DNA of 64,000 bases from Nitrospinales bacterium (GCA_023248535.1 JAHFEJ010000004.1:3012-67011); one strand, 5' to 3'; counted from the stretch's first letter, positions 1 to 10,552 are shown. Notes: generated from the letters alone by a model not told the origin. Translations and numbers: made by a program.

Positions 1-207
1 TCCGGAAAGAATGCGTAGATCAGCCTTGGTTAATGGATTGCCACGCCCAAGAGGCTGTCGCGGATTGGACCAGACCGCGCGGTTCACTTTGGTTTGCACA
101 ATAAGGGAAAATGGCTTTAAATAGCTCCGCTGATAGAAAATGAATTTGCTCTAAATGGTTTACGGCCGTAAATGACCGGATGACTGGATGGCCGGAATAG
201 GAGAAAC

Positions 208-1215
208 ATGGTTGCGATAGCGGCTTTAGCCGTTTTTTGGGTCACTCTATTTTTCACAGGGGTATTTCGCAATCATGCATTAAAAAAAGGGCTGGTTGAT
301 ATGCCCGTCGCCCGTTCTTCCCATACCGAGCCTACCGCCCGCGGCGGCGGCGTGGTATTCGTCGTGATCGCTTTTTTGATGGGCGGGGCCTTTTACCGGT
401 ATGGCTATATTGCGAAGGCCGAGTTTATTCTCGTTGCATGTTCATTCCTTATGGCCACCGTGGGAATGGCGGATGATTATCTGAAATTGCGGAACCATAT
501 CCGTTTCGTCGCCCAAATAATCATCGCATCGGTATTCCTTATGTTTAACGGCGTGCCGGAGACCCTTTCCCTCGCGCCGTTAACCATGCGCCTGGGCGCT
601 TTTGCGTGGCCCTTGAGCATCCTTTTCATCGTATGGTCGGTTAATTTATTTAACTTCATGGACGGTCTCGACGCATTTGCCTCCACCACGGCCATCACGA
701 TATTCGCCACATTGGGAATATTGGGCGCGGCGGCCGGCGTGCCGCATTTTCCGATCCTCATGCTTGTACTCATTGCATCGATAGCGGGCTTCCTGAAATG
801 GAACTTCCCTCCGGCAAAGATTTTCATGGGAGATGGCGGCAGTTATTTCCTAGGATTTATGATCGCGGGCGCGGCGCTGGCATTGAACACCAACTATGGC
901 GTTCCCTTGATGGTTCCCGTTACGCTTTACGGCCTCTTCTGGTTTGATGCCACGATCACCCTTATCCGGAGAATGCTCAACGGCGAGAAATGGTACATGC
1001 CCCACAAAAGCCATGCCTACCAACGGCTGCACCAAGCGGGCTATTCCCATCTGCGGGTCACCGGCTATGCGTTGCTCCTCAATATAATATTGGCGTTTTT
1101 AGGGGCCGCCGGATTTTTCTATCCGCAATACATGCTGGCTTTCTTTGCGGCGGGCCTCCTCCTCCTTGGGTTTCTTTACGCCGTGGTGGAGCGGATTAAA
1201 CCTCTTAAGAACTGA
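208..1215 (+). CDS. Glycosyltransferase family 4 (WecA/WbpL/MraY-like undecaprenyl-phosphate sugar-1-phosphate transferase)
   Basis: Multi-TM protein with motifs D.P..RSSH..PT.RGGG, G..DD, N.FNFMDG.D, IFMGD.GS and H..H.YQRL. Confidence 0.93.
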   Translation: MVAIAALAVFWVTLFFTGVFRNHALKKGLVDMPVARSSHTEPTARGGGVVFVVIAFLMGGAFYRYGYIAKAEFILVACSFLMATVGMADDYLKLRNHIRFVAQIIIASVFLMFNGVPETLSLAPLTMRLGAFAWPLSILFIVWSVNLFNFMDGLDAFASTTAITIFATLGILGAAAGVPHFPILMLVLIASIAGFLKWNFPPAKIFMGDGGSYFLGFMIAGAALALNTNYGVPLMVPVTLYGLFWFDATITLIRRMLNGEKWYMPHKSHAYQRLHQAGYSHLRVTGYALLLNIILAFLGAAGFFYPQYMLAFFAAGLLLLGFLYAVVERIKPLKN

Positions 1216-1348
1216 ACGGAAGTTCACGCCCCGCTTTCATGGCTGTAACCGGACATATAAAAAGTGTAGGATGTTCCCATCACCCCTTAAGTTTGGGGAT
1301 ACAAAAGGCGATATAGGGGTCATGCCATCCACAGCAACAGACAGGTAT

Positions 1349-2482
1349 ATGAAAGTAGATTTTTACCGGCATAATCTGGACGATGAATGCATCGCCTCGC
1401 TAGTGGGGGCGGCAAAACAGGTTTTTATTTCCACCGGCCCCAAAACCCAGGAATTTGAGGCCGCTTTCGCATCCTACCTCAATCTTCCCCACGCCATCGG
1501 CACCATGAGCTGCACCCACTCCCTGTACCTGGCCTGGCGCGCCCTGAATGTCGGCGCGGGGCACGAGGTCATTGTTCCCGCCATGACGTTTGTGGCCACC
1601 ATCGAAGCGTTAATGTTGACCGGCGCCACGCCGGTTTTTGCCGATGTCGATCCGCGCACCGGCTTACTCGATCCCACGTGCGCCGAAAGAAAGATCACCC
1701 CCCGCACCAAAGCCGTCTGCCCCGTGCATCTGTATGGGACCATGGCGCCGATGGACCGCTTCCGGGAAATCGCCGATAGGCACTCGCTCCTGCTGGTCGA
1801 AGACGCCGCCCACTGCGTCGAGGGGAAAGTCCCCGGCTTTTCACCCGGCTCGCTTTCCGATGCGGTGGCTTTTTCCTTTTACGCCACCAAGAACATCACC
1901 TGTGGCGAGGGGGGAGCTGTCGCCACCCGCCATGCGGAAGTCTCCCATAGGGTCAGGCTGCTGCGGAACCACGGCATCAACCGGTCAGCCATCGAACGGT
2001 TCACCAACAAGGTGTCGGCTTATGACGTGGAAGAGTACGGATTTAAATCGAACATGTACGATCTTCAGGCGGCCCTGCTCATCCCCCAGTTGGCGAAGAT
2101 CGAAGTTAACCACGCGCGCCGTGAAGCGATCGTGCGGGAATACAACAACGCCTTCGGCGATACCGGCCTCACGCCGCCGTATGTGCCGCCAGGCCATAAA
2201 AGCGCCCTGCATCTGTACACCGTGCGCCTGCCCGATGAACAAAGGCGGGATGAATTCATGCGGGCGCTGACGGAAATGGGGGTTGGCTGCACCGTGAATT
2301 ACCGCCCCCTCTCTTCACTCACCTTTTTCCGGACACAACTCAACATGCGCGATGAGGATTACCCAAACGCCACCGGTATCGGCAAAACCACCGTATCCCT
2401 CCCGCTCTATCCAAATCTTACGGACGGGGAAGTTGCCTATGTCATTGACACCGTGCGGAAGACAGCCCGCAATATCCTGTAA
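1349..2482 (+). CDS. DegT/DnrJ/EryC1/StrS-family PLP-dependent sugar aminotransferase
   Basis: TFVAT, PVHLYG, EDAAH and FSFYATKNITCGEGG motifs; start moved to ATG 1349 (ATG 1322 possible) because the 1145 ORF start overlaps the previous gene. Confidence 0.93.
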   Translation: MKVDFYRHNLDDECIASLVGAAKQVFISTGPKTQEFEAAFASYLNLPHAIGTMSCTHSLYLAWRALNVGAGHEVIVPAMTFVATIEALMLTGATPVFADVDPRTGLLDPTCAERKITPRTKAVCPVHLYGTMAPMDRFREIADRHSLLLVEDAAHCVEGKVPGFSPGSLSDAVAFSFYATKNITCGEGGAVATRHAEVSHRVRLLRNHGINRSAIERFTNKVSAYDVEEYGFKSNMYDLQAALLIPQLAKIEVNHARREAIVREYNNAFGDTGLTPPYVPPGHKSALHLYTVRLPDEQRRDEFMRALTEMGVGCTVNYRPLSSLTFFRTQLNMRDEDYPNATGIGKTTVSLPLYPNLTDGEVAYVIDTVRKTARNIL

Positions 2483-2647
2483 CAATATTTTCCGGCCCCG
2501 CCTTTCAACGGTTGCCATCGGCAACAAATACCGGACGGATCTGACGCTATCGAATTGGCTTCCGCGCGGCGGCACTTGCCGTTTTCCGCCGATTTTGCGC
2601 TATAGTGGTGGTGTTGTAAGACAATAAAAAGGGTTGAGGCTATTGTA

Positions 2648-5600
2648 ATGGATGCGCCCGATTTTTCAGGTTTTGTAAACGAGTTCGTTGAGGAAGCCGA
2701 AGAGCATCTGCAAACCCTCAACGCCAGCCTCCTCCACATCGAACAAAGCGCCGCCAGCGGAGCGGCCAACAAGGAAAAGGTGGATTCCCTCTTCCGCGCG
2801 GCCCACACCGTCAAAGGCCTCGCGGGGATGATGGAGTTCGAGGGAATCGAGCGGCTGTGCCACCGGATGGAAGACATTTTCGGGGAAATCCGCCACGGCC
2901 AAATGCCGGTAACCGCCGAAATCATCGACGCGCTCTTCGCCGCGGCGGATACGCTGGCAAAACTGATCGCCGCCGTGCGTGAAAGCGGCACCGACAAGGG
3001 GGTGCCCACCGGCGCCCCGCTGGAACTCATGAACAAGGCGCTACTCGCCGCAAAAGCGGTTCCCGTTTCCCCCTCAAAAAAAACCAAGGGAAAGAAAAGG
3101 AAAAGGATCGATCCCGCCGATCTGGGCATCTCCCTGGACGCCGCCCTGTTGGATGAAAAAGACCTCGTCATGCTTGAAGACGCGGTGACGGCCGGACTAT
3201 GGATTTACGAGCTGGGCAAGGAATTCACCGGCGGAACGCCCCTCGATAAAATTCACCGCCTGCCGGTCTTCCGCGACATCGAACAGGCCGGCATGCTCAT
3301 CGCCACACTCCCTCCGGTCGAGCACATTCCCGCCGCCAAGGGAACCGTCAATTGCCGCTTCATCTTTAGTTCCGACCTCCCCTCCGGCAGTGTACGCGAC
3401 ATTTTTCTTGATCCGGTGACGGTGCTCAAGGAAGGATGGACCGCGAAGCCCCCTCCTTCCGCAGTTGCCGCGGAGCCGGAACCGGAAGCGCCGGAACAGC
3501 GGCCGCTTAACGAAATCCTGGCGCAGTTGGATGAAACGCTGATCCAGGAATTCGTGAAGTCCGCCTTGGAGCAGCTTGACCAGATCGATCTCGCCCTGCT
3601 GGAACTCGAACGGGATCCGGGGGATTCTTACATCGCCATGGAAATCCATAACGGCTTCCGCTCCTACAAGGGAAAAGCGGCCCTCTTCGGTTTTAATAAG
3701 ATCGCCCTGCTGGCGGGCAAACTTGACGGCATTTTCGGGTTGATCCACAACCAGCGGGTCATCGCCGGAACCGAACTTTTCGAAGCGGTTGCCATCAGCG
3801 CCGAAAAACTGCGGCGCCTGCTGGAAGAGCTCAAACTGCGCAAAGAAACCGGCATTTCGGTGAATGACGACCTGAAACGGCTGGACGCCCTGGTTGGAAA
3901 GGCAAAATGGATCCCGGAAGAATTGGGCGCGGTGCTGGCCCAATCGGCGCTGAGTCCCGATGTAATTGCGCAACTGAACGCCGCCGAAAAAGCGCTGATC
4001 GCGGAGGAGTACGAAAAGGGGCGCGCCATCTATCAGATCGTCATCCGCTTCGCCGAAGACGCCTTGAAATCGGGGTACGAACCGCTCTCCATCGTTCCGG
4101 TAATAGGGAAATGCGGCGACATCCTGGTAAGCATCCCCATCATCGACGGGGTGCCCGAAATCTTCCGCTACGAGGCCGACAAGTGGGGCATCGGCTTTCA
4201 CTTCCTTTTCGCCACAAATCTTTCGCCGGAACAGTTACACTCCCGTTTCACCATGCTCCCCCGGTTCATGGAAATTGACCTGCGCAAAGTATTGCATAAG
4301 GAGGCGTCTTCAAAACCTGTCACGGCCCGCCCGGCGGCGGCAGCCCCGGCGAAACAGGTTTCCGCCACGCCAACGCCAAAGTTTGGCGGAGAACGCACCC
4401 ACTTCCCTGAAGAGGCCGCCAGCCGCGGCTTGAAAGAGCCTTCCGCGGCCCGGCTTGAAGAACCCATCCGGCTTGAACGGCGGCAAACCGGGAACTCCCT
4501 TGACGGCTATTCCGCCGAAGATGCGGAAAAGAAACTCAAGGAGAAAGCCGTAAACACCATACGCGTCGATATCGGCCGGCTGGACAAGCTGCTGAACCTT
4601 ATCGGCGAGCTGGTGATAGACCGCACCCGGCTGGAACAATTAAGCGCTGAAGTGCGCAGACAACTGCCAACCAATCCGATCGGCGTTCAACTGGCCCATA
4701 CGAACCAGCTTTTCCAGCGCCACATAAACGACGTGCAGGACATGGTGATGTCGGTGCGGATGGTGCCGATCGGCAACGCCTTCAACAAATTCCCGCGCAT
4801 AGTGCGCGACATGGCGAAATCGCTGAAAAAAAACGTAAACCTGATCATCGACGGCGAAGAGACGGAGCTGGATAAAACCATCATCGAGGAGGTGGGCGAT
4901 CCGTTGATCCACCTGATACGCAACGCCCTCGACCACGGGATAGAGCCGCCGCATGAACGCCGCGCGGCAGGCAAGCCGGAAACCGGCCAGATAACGCTAA
5001 AGGCCTATCACGAGGGGGACACGATCATCATCGAGGTGTCTGACGATGGCCGGGGCATGGACCTTGAAAAAATACGGTCGCTTGCGGTGCAAAAAGGGCT
5101 GCTTGACCCGGATGCCGCCCAGATCAATGAAAAAGAGCTGCTCCAGTTCATTTTCGAGCCGGGATTCAGCACCACCGAGGAGCCTACGATGGTATCCGGG
5201 CGCGGCGTTGGAATGGATGTGGTAAAAAGGAACATCGTCAAACTCAAAGGGCTTATCGACATTTTCTCGGAACAGGGCAAAGGATGCGTCATCCGGCTGC
5301 GGCTGCCGCTGACACTCGCCATCGTCCCCACCCTCATTGTCGGGGTGCGGGAAGAGACCTTCGCCATTCCCCTTTCATCGGTGGCGGAATCGATCCGCAT
5401 AGCCGCGGGGGATATACGTATGGTGAACGGGCGCGAGATGATAACCCTGCGCGATACGGTTTTGCCGCTGGCCCGGCTGGACAAGCTGTTCATGCTGGAC
5501 CACAAGCCGTTGCGCAAAACGCCCCCTCAAGCGCAACAGGGGGGTGCGGCGGAAAAATCCTTTAAGGGCGCGGGCCGGGCGCGGCGTGACTCCGTATTCA

Positions 5601-5842
5601 TCGTGGTGGTCGGCCTTGCTGAAAAACGCCTCGGCCTCGTGGTGGGCGACCTCAAGCGGCAGCAGCAGGTGGTGATCAAAAACCTTGGGGAAATGCTGAA
5701 AGACGCGCCCGGCATTTCAGGCGCCACCATCATGGGGGACGGCCGCGTGGCATTGATCCTCGACGTGGGACAGATCATTGAAGAGGCGGGCCATCGGCAA
5801 CGCCAGCAGCCGGTGGCCGGCGTGAAAGAACCCGTCTTATGA
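2648..5842 (+). CDS. cheA: Chemotaxis histidine kinase CheA with duplicated Hpt/P2 region
   Basis: FRAAHTVKG Hpt; IRVD..RLD.L.NL.GELVI dimer domain; HLIRNALDHGIE, DDGRG, PGFST, SGRGVGMDVV HATPase; C-terminal CheW domain. Confidence 0.95.
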   Translation: MDAPDFSGFVNEFVEEAEEHLQTLNASLLHIEQSAASGAANKEKVDSLFRAAHTVKGLAGMMEFEGIERLCHRMEDIFGEIRHGQMPVTAEIIDALFAAADTLAKLIAAVRESGTDKGVPTGAPLELMNKALLAAKAVPVSPSKKTKGKKRKRIDPADLGISLDAALLDEKDLVMLEDAVTAGLWIYELGKEFTGGTPLDKIHRLPVFRDIEQAGMLIATLPPVEHIPAAKGTVNCRFIFSSDLPSGSVRDIFLDPVTVLKEGWTAKPPPSAVAAEPEPEAPEQRPLNEILAQLDETLIQEFVKSALEQLDQIDLALLELERDPGDSYIAMEIHNGFRSYKGKAALFGFNKIALLAGKLDGIFGLIHNQRVIAGTELFEAVAISAEKLRRLLEELKLRKETGISVNDDLKRLDALVGKAKWIPEELGAVLAQSALSPDVIAQLNAAEKALIAEEYEKGRAIYQIVIRFAEDALKSGYEPLSIVPVIGKCGDILVSIPIIDGVPEIFRYEADKWGIGFHFLFATNLSPEQLHSRFTMLPRFMEIDLRKVLHKEASSKPVTARPAAAAPAKQVSATPTPKFGGERTHFPEEAASRGLKEPSAARLEEPIRLERRQTGNSLDGYSAEDAEKKLKEKAVNTIRVDIGRLDKLLNLIGELVIDRTRLEQLSAEVRRQLPTNPIGVQLAHTNQLFQRHINDVQDMVMSVRMVPIGNAFNKFPRIVRDMAKSLKKNVNLIIDGEETELDKTIIEEVGDPLIHLIRNALDHGIEPPHERRAAGKPETGQITLKAYHEGDTIIIEVSDDGRGMDLEKIRSLAVQKGLLDPDAAQINEKELLQFIFEPGFSTTEEPTMVSGRGVGMDVVKRNIVKLKGLIDIFSEQGKGCVIRLRLPLTLAIVPTLIVGVREETFAIPLSSVAESIRIAAGDIRMVNGREMITLRDTVLPLARLDKLFMLDHKPLRKTPPQAQQGGAAEKSFKGAGRARRDSVFIVVVGLAEKRLGLVVGDLKRQQQVVIKNLGEMLKDAPGISGATIMGDGRVALILDVGQIIEEAGHRQRQQPVAGVKEPVL

Positions 5843-6216
5843 AGCTGATGGCCTGGCTTTTTACCGCGTTCGTATTCGCCACGTCCTCCAGTGCGAATGC
5901 CGCCCAAAAACAGGTAAAAATATGCGGCGCCCAGACTGAAACCCATATCAGCGGAACCAATACGCCGCACAACAACGATGATGGCAATGTGCATGCCAGC
6001 GGCGCCACAACCCCGGCCGCCACGAAGGCGGCTCCCGAAAAAAAAACATCTCCCAAGGAAGCTTCGCGCCAACAACCAGGCGCCGGGCAAGAATTCAATG
6101 ACGGGCATCCCGCGCCGGGCGAAGTGCGCAAGCCGCGCCAACCGCGGCAGGCCACGGTGGAAAGTCCCCGTTCCCCTACTCCACCACGGGCACCGGACGC
6201 CCCCGGCGGAAAATGA
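5839..6216 (+). CDS. Hypothetical secreted Pro/Ala-rich protein
   Basis: Signal-peptide-like N-terminus (MKLMAWLFTAFVFATSSSANA); ATGA overlap with the cheA stop. Confidence 0.55.
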   Translation: MKLMAWLFTAFVFATSSSANAAQKQVKICGAQTETHISGTNTPHNNDDGNVHASGATTPAATKAAPEKKTSPKEASRQQPGAGQEFNDGHPAPGEVRKPRQPRQATVESPRSPTPPRAPDAPGGK

Positions 6217-6238
6217 CCCGGACAAAAAGGAATAACCG

Positions 6239-7957
6239 ATGAACATAACCTACAAGCCCCGGCTAAGCCCAAATGGTGAATACACGGTGGAGGTCGATAA
6301 ATATGGGCAGGAAATCATCCACAACCCTTTACTGAACAAAGGAACCGCCTTTTCCATTCATGAACAGGAGGAATTCGGCCTTATCGGCCTGTTGCCGCCG
6401 CACATCTCCACCTTGGGGGAACAGCTTACCCGCACCATGGAAAGCTACCATGCCTGCTCCAGCAACATCTCGAAGTACATCTATCTCCGTTCGCTGCAGG
6501 ACCGCAACGAAACGCTCTTCTACGCGATGCTGCGCCAGAACATCCGCGAAATGCTCCCCATCGTGTACACCCCAACCGTCGGTGAAGCCGTGGAGAAACA
6601 CGGACATATCTACCGCAACGCGCGCGGCCTTTTCATAACCCCCGATAACGTATTCAACATGGGGGAAATGGCCAAACACCTCCCCTCCGCGAATATCGAG
6701 ATCATCGTCGCCACCGACAGCCAGGCGATACTGGGCATTGGCGACCAGGGGGTCGGCGGCATGGCCATCCCCATCGGCAAACTTTCACTTTACACCGTGG
6801 CGGCCGGTATCCACCCCTCGGCCTGCCTGCCGGTCTGTCTCGATGTGGGAACCGACAACCGCACCCTCCTCGCCGACCCGCTCTATCTGGGGCGCCGTCA
6901 CTGGCGGCTTACCGGCAATGAATACGCCGTCTTCATAGAAAACTTTGTGGAACAGGTGAAAAAACATTTCCCCAACGCCGTTCTCCAGTGGGAAGACTTT
7001 GCCAAGCAGAACGCCTTTACCAACATGGACAAGTACCGCGACGCCCTCCCCTCGTTTAACGACGACGTGCAGGGAACCGGCGCGGTGGTGCTGGGGGGCA
7101 TCCTCGGCGCGATGAAAATAAAAAGAAAAACCCTGCGGGACCACCGCTATCTGATTTACGGAGCGGGGGCCGCCGGCGGCGGCATCGCCCGGCAGATACG
7201 CGATGGGCTGAAAAACGCCGGCTTAAGCCATGAAGAGGCCTGCGGCCATGTGTTCATGGTGGATAGCGCCGGCCTTGTTACCGAGGGCCGGGAAGGACTG
7301 GAGGAATATAAAAAAGAATTTGCCAAGCCGGAACGGATCACCGGTGGCTGGGTGCGCGATAACGTATACGAGTTGACAATGGCGGAAACCATCCGCCACG
7401 CCAAGATTAACGTTCTCATCGGCGTGTCGGGGCAGACCGGCGCATTCAACGAACAGATCATCAATCTGATGACGGCCAACGATCCCGAACCGCTCATCTT
7501 CACCCTTTCCAATCCCACGTCGAAATCCGAAACCGACCCGCGAAAAGTTCTCCAACAAACAAACGGCAGGGCCATCGTCGCGTCCGGCTCCCCCTTCGGC
7601 TCCGTCACGGTGAACGGACGGGAAATCGAAGTGGGCCAAGGGAATAACGCCTTCATCTTTCCCGGCCTGGGGCTGGGAACCCTGGTCGCCAAGGCGCGCA
7701 AGATCACCGATGGCATGATGACCGCCGCGGCCCATGCCTTGGCCGCCTCCGTGACCGAAGAGCGGTTGGCTTCGCGGACCATTTATCCCCCGGTGCAGGA
7801 CATCTTCGAGGTTTCGCACAAGGTGGCGGTGGCCGTGTACAAACAGGCGGTGGCCGATGGCGTGGCGGAAGTGGCCCACGGCTCGGATCCGGAAAAAGTG
7901 ATCCGCGGCCTTATGTGGCTCCCCGCCTATGCCAACTACACGCGGGCGAAAAAATAA
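6239..7957 (+). CDS. maeA: NAD-dependent malic enzyme
   Basis: NKGTAF, LQDRNETLFY, YTPTVG, ILGIGDQG, QWEDFA, FNDDVQGTG, LSNPT and Q.NNAFIFPG motifs. Confidence 0.95.
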   Translation: MNITYKPRLSPNGEYTVEVDKYGQEIIHNPLLNKGTAFSIHEQEEFGLIGLLPPHISTLGEQLTRTMESYHACSSNISKYIYLRSLQDRNETLFYAMLRQNIREMLPIVYTPTVGEAVEKHGHIYRNARGLFITPDNVFNMGEMAKHLPSANIEIIVATDSQAILGIGDQGVGGMAIPIGKLSLYTVAAGIHPSACLPVCLDVGTDNRTLLADPLYLGRRHWRLTGNEYAVFIENFVEQVKKHFPNAVLQWEDFAKQNAFTNMDKYRDALPSFNDDVQGTGAVVLGGILGAMKIKRKTLRDHRYLIYGAGAAGGGIARQIRDGLKNAGLSHEEACGHVFMVDSAGLVTEGREGLEEYKKEFAKPERITGGWVRDNVYELTMAETIRHAKINVLIGVSGQTGAFNEQIINLMTANDPEPLIFTLSNPTSKSETDPRKVLQQTNGRAIVASGSPFGSVTVNGREIEVGQGNNAFIFPGLGLGTLVAKARKITDGMMTAAAHALAASVTEERLASRTIYPPVQDIFEVSHKVAVAVYKQAVADGVAEVAHGSDPEKVIRGLMWLPAYANYTRAKK

Positions 7958-7975
7958 GCCGCGGGAGAACGCGGG

Positions 7976-8602
7976 TTACACCCGCTCTTTGAGTAACGGC
8001 GATACACGATCCCAGATTTGACCGCTGACCGCGTCAATCCCCTGCCGGGCATCGATGCGTATTAAGCTCTCAAAGCCGGGGCCGTTGAATATGCGGTAGA
8101 CCTTTTTCAGAAACCCGATTTTCTCAAAGCCGATGTTCGCCCCGCCCCGGCCTTCAACGCGTTTAAGCCCCTCTTCCGGCTTGATGTCGAGGAAAAAGGC
8201 GATGTCCGGCTGTGGAAAATGCCGGTTCTTTTCAGCAATGACTTTAACGTCAAAACCCAGCGCCCCCTGATACGCCATATTGCTGGGGATGTAGCGGTCC
8301 ATCACCACAATTTTTCCCGTAATGAGGGCCGGGATGATGTTTTGCTTGCTGTCTTCTTCGCGGTCGTTGATGAACCAGGAAAGTTCCTCTTCGCGGGTAA
8401 CACCGTCACGCCCATGAGTGGCGATCCGGCGTATCTTCTGGCCCCACGGGCCGTTGGTCGGTTCCTTCAGGTAAAGGGCATCATGCCCCGCGCCACGAAG
8501 ACGGTCCACCAGTAATTGAGCCTGTGTGCTCTTCCCCGCTCCATCCAGCCCCTCGATGAGGACAAACAACCCCTTCTTCCGCTCTTCATTCCACACGCAC
8601 AT
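7976..8602 (-). CDS. tmk: Thymidylate kinase
   Basis: EGLDGAGKSTQ P-loop, EP, DRY..S.MAYQG. Confidence 0.95.
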   Translation of the reverse strand: MCVWNEERKKGLFVLIEGLDGAGKSTQAQLLVDRLRGAGHDALYLKEPTNGPWGQKIRRIATHGRDGVTREEELSWFINDREEDSKQNIIPALITGKIVVMDRYIPSNMAYQGALGFDVKVIAEKNRHFPQPDIAFFLDIKPEEGLKRVEGRGGANIGFEKIGFLKKVYRIFNGPGFESLIRIDARQGIDAVSGQIWDRVSPLLKERV

Positions 8603-8687
8603 GGAAGGATTCTATACCGCCTACGGCCGGTGCCAAATAGAATTCAGGCCTGTACCAAAATTGCCCTGTCCCGTCAAAAAAACCGCG

Positions 8688-8906
8688 TTACTGAGGGCCG
8701 AAGTCTTTCCAGGCCTTCGCGACAATAAAGACTATCGGGGCGCTATGCAGTAAAAGGTCAAAAATGTCTATTGGCTTGCGAAGCGTTCCGTTGGAAAGCA
8801 TCCGTATTTTTTCGACAAGATGCGGTTCCGGCGCCATCGGCCAGGGAGCAACCGCCAACCCGGCGGCGAGTATGATCAAAAGCGGCCAGCTGATATTATC
8901 GAGCAT
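8688..8906 (-). CDS. Small conserved membrane protein (often annotated 'RND transporter')
   Basis: AP...EPHLVEK..ML..GTL..PIDIFDL.LH pattern with two hydrophobic segments. Confidence 0.75.
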   Translation of the reverse strand: MLDNISWPLLIILAAGLAVAPWPMAPEPHLVEKIRMLSNGTLRKPIDIFDLLLHSAPIVFIVAKAWKDFGPQ

Positions 8907-9145
8907 TGACTAATTCCATGAAATTGTTGAGTCAAAAGTGCAAAAAAGGGTTCAATGCTGCCCGTATAAGCACAGCATGATGGAAACACGTATTTATAAA
9001 ATAATAAACTTAATGGTTGATTTCAAAAAATAAAGTGGCATAATTACACGGTTTCTTGGCGCACCTGCGTGCGCCTCTAGCCGGGAACGACGGTTTGCAT
9101 TAGCCATAAGTTGACCGAAAATAACATGGTAAAGGGTTAACAGAT

Positions 9146-9538
9146 ATGAAAAAAGAGTACAAAGAGCTTCTAAACGCCCTGCTGAAACGCAGGGATGAAC
9201 TGGTCGCGCTGGAAGGGCACACCGGCCAAAAGGGCCTGGAAAACCTGGAGCTTGGCCATGGCGACGATATGGATATCGCCGAATCGGTCGTCGAGCAGGA
9301 AATGTCGATGACGATCCGCAACCGCGCATCGCGGGAAATCATCCTCATCGATGAATCTATTGAAAAGCTCCACCGGGGAGCATATGGCATCTGCGAAAGT
9401 TGCGACCAGGAGATTGAAACCAAACGGCTTAAAGCGCGGCCATTCGTAAAATATTGCATCGACTGCCAGACCGAAATGGAAAAAAATGCCGAGGAAAGCG
9501 CCCCCGGCGGCGGTTTCCAATTCGGAAAACTGGAATAA
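9146..9538 (+). CDS. dksA: DksA/TraR C4 zinc-finger protein
   Basis: DxxDxA coiled-coil tip (DDMDIA); YGICESC...I...RL.A.P...YCIDC. Confidence 0.9.
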   Translation: MKKEYKELLNALLKRRDELVALEGHTGQKGLENLELGHGDDMDIAESVVEQEMSMTIRNRASREIILIDESIEKLHRGAYGICESCDQEIETKRLKARPFVKYCIDCQTEMEKNAEESAPGGGFQFGKLE

Positions 9539-9587
9539 CATCCCGATATACGGTATACTTCCCTTCAACCTTGCGTGAGGAAATAGA

Positions 9588-9827
9588 ATGTTTGATTTGA
9601 AAATGTATGCAAAGGCGCTGACCGCGGTGCCGCAACGCTATCTCCTTGTCAATGCCATGGTTCACCGTATGCGCCAATTGCAAGGCGGCGCCGAGCCGAT
9701 GGTTGAATCGGAAGGACTTTCCCTGTTCGACATCTCGCTTAAAGAAATCGTCGAAGGCAAGATCGCGATCAAGCAGATCGTCGAAGAGCGGCAAACCCTT
9801 ACCTTAAACGCGGAACACCTGGATTAA
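9588..9827 (+). CDS. rpoZ: RNA polymerase omega subunit
   Basis: RYLLV....RMRQL..GA.P.V......LKEI.EGKI pattern; SD GAGG upstream. Confidence 0.8.
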   Translation: MFDLKMYAKALTAVPQRYLLVNAMVHRMRQLQGGAEPMVESEGLSLFDISLKEIVEGKIAIKQIVEERQTLTLNAEHLD

Positions 9828-9839
9828 TCCAACACCGGA

Positions 9840-10190
9840 ATGGCTGAAGATAACAGCTTCACCATTAATGACCGGCGCGGAACCGCCGGGCGGGAGGTCC
9901 CGCCCCCCAATGCGGAAACCGGCAAACGCAATGCTGCACCGGCAATTAACTTCTCCACGTTCATCCTCTCGCTTTCCACTTCCGCCGCCATGAACATGGG
10001 AGGCTATACCGATCCGGTATCCGGCTTGATCCCCCGCAATCTTGAGTTGGCCAAACAATCCATAGATATCCTGGGCATCCTTGCCGAAAAAACCAAGGGC
10101 AATCTTGACGCCGACGAAAGCCACCTGCTCGATTCGGTTCTGTATGAACTGCGAATGCGGTATATTGATGAGATCAAGAAGGGGGCGTGA
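9840..10190 (+). CDS. DUF1844 family protein
   Basis: F..FILSL...A...MG...DP......NL.LAKQ.IDIL..L.EKTKGNL...E..LL...LYELR. Confidence 0.88.
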   Translation: MAEDNSFTINDRRGTAGREVPPPNAETGKRNAAPAINFSTFILSLSTSAAMNMGGYTDPVSGLIPRNLELAKQSIDILGILAEKTKGNLDADESHLLDSVLYELRMRYIDEIKKGA

Positions 10191-10552
10191 CGGTGGACGA
10201 AGAAGGACGGTCTATTAAAGAAAGTTCGGAAGAAGAAGCCCGGGTAGTCATTGAAAAATCCGAGGAAGAGAAAAATGCGCTCGCCTCGATCACAAAAGAG
10301 CTGGATCAATATCTCGATATCCCGTTGACCGTCAGCACCGAGCTGGGACGCACCAAGATCACCGTCCGCGAAATACTGAAACTGAAAGACGGCGCCGTCA
10401 TCGAGCTTCACAAGCTGGTGGGAGAGCCGATGGAAATCTACATTAACGGCCTTCTTACCGCCCGCGGCGAAGTGGTGGTGGTGAACGAACGCTTCGGCAT
10501 CCGCGTGACCGACGTTATCGACCCGATGGAAATCATCCGGCAGAACGCCTAG
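10187..10552 (+). CDS. fliN: Flagellar motor switch protein FliN
   Basis: LDIPL.V..ELGRT, G.VIEL, ARGEVVVVNERFGIR. Confidence 0.95.
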   Translation: MTVDEEGRSIKESSEEEARVVIEKSEEEKNALASITKELDQYLDIPLTVSTELGRTKITVREILKLKDGAVIELHKLVGEPMEIYINGLLTARGEVVVVNERFGIRVTDVIDPMEIIRQNA

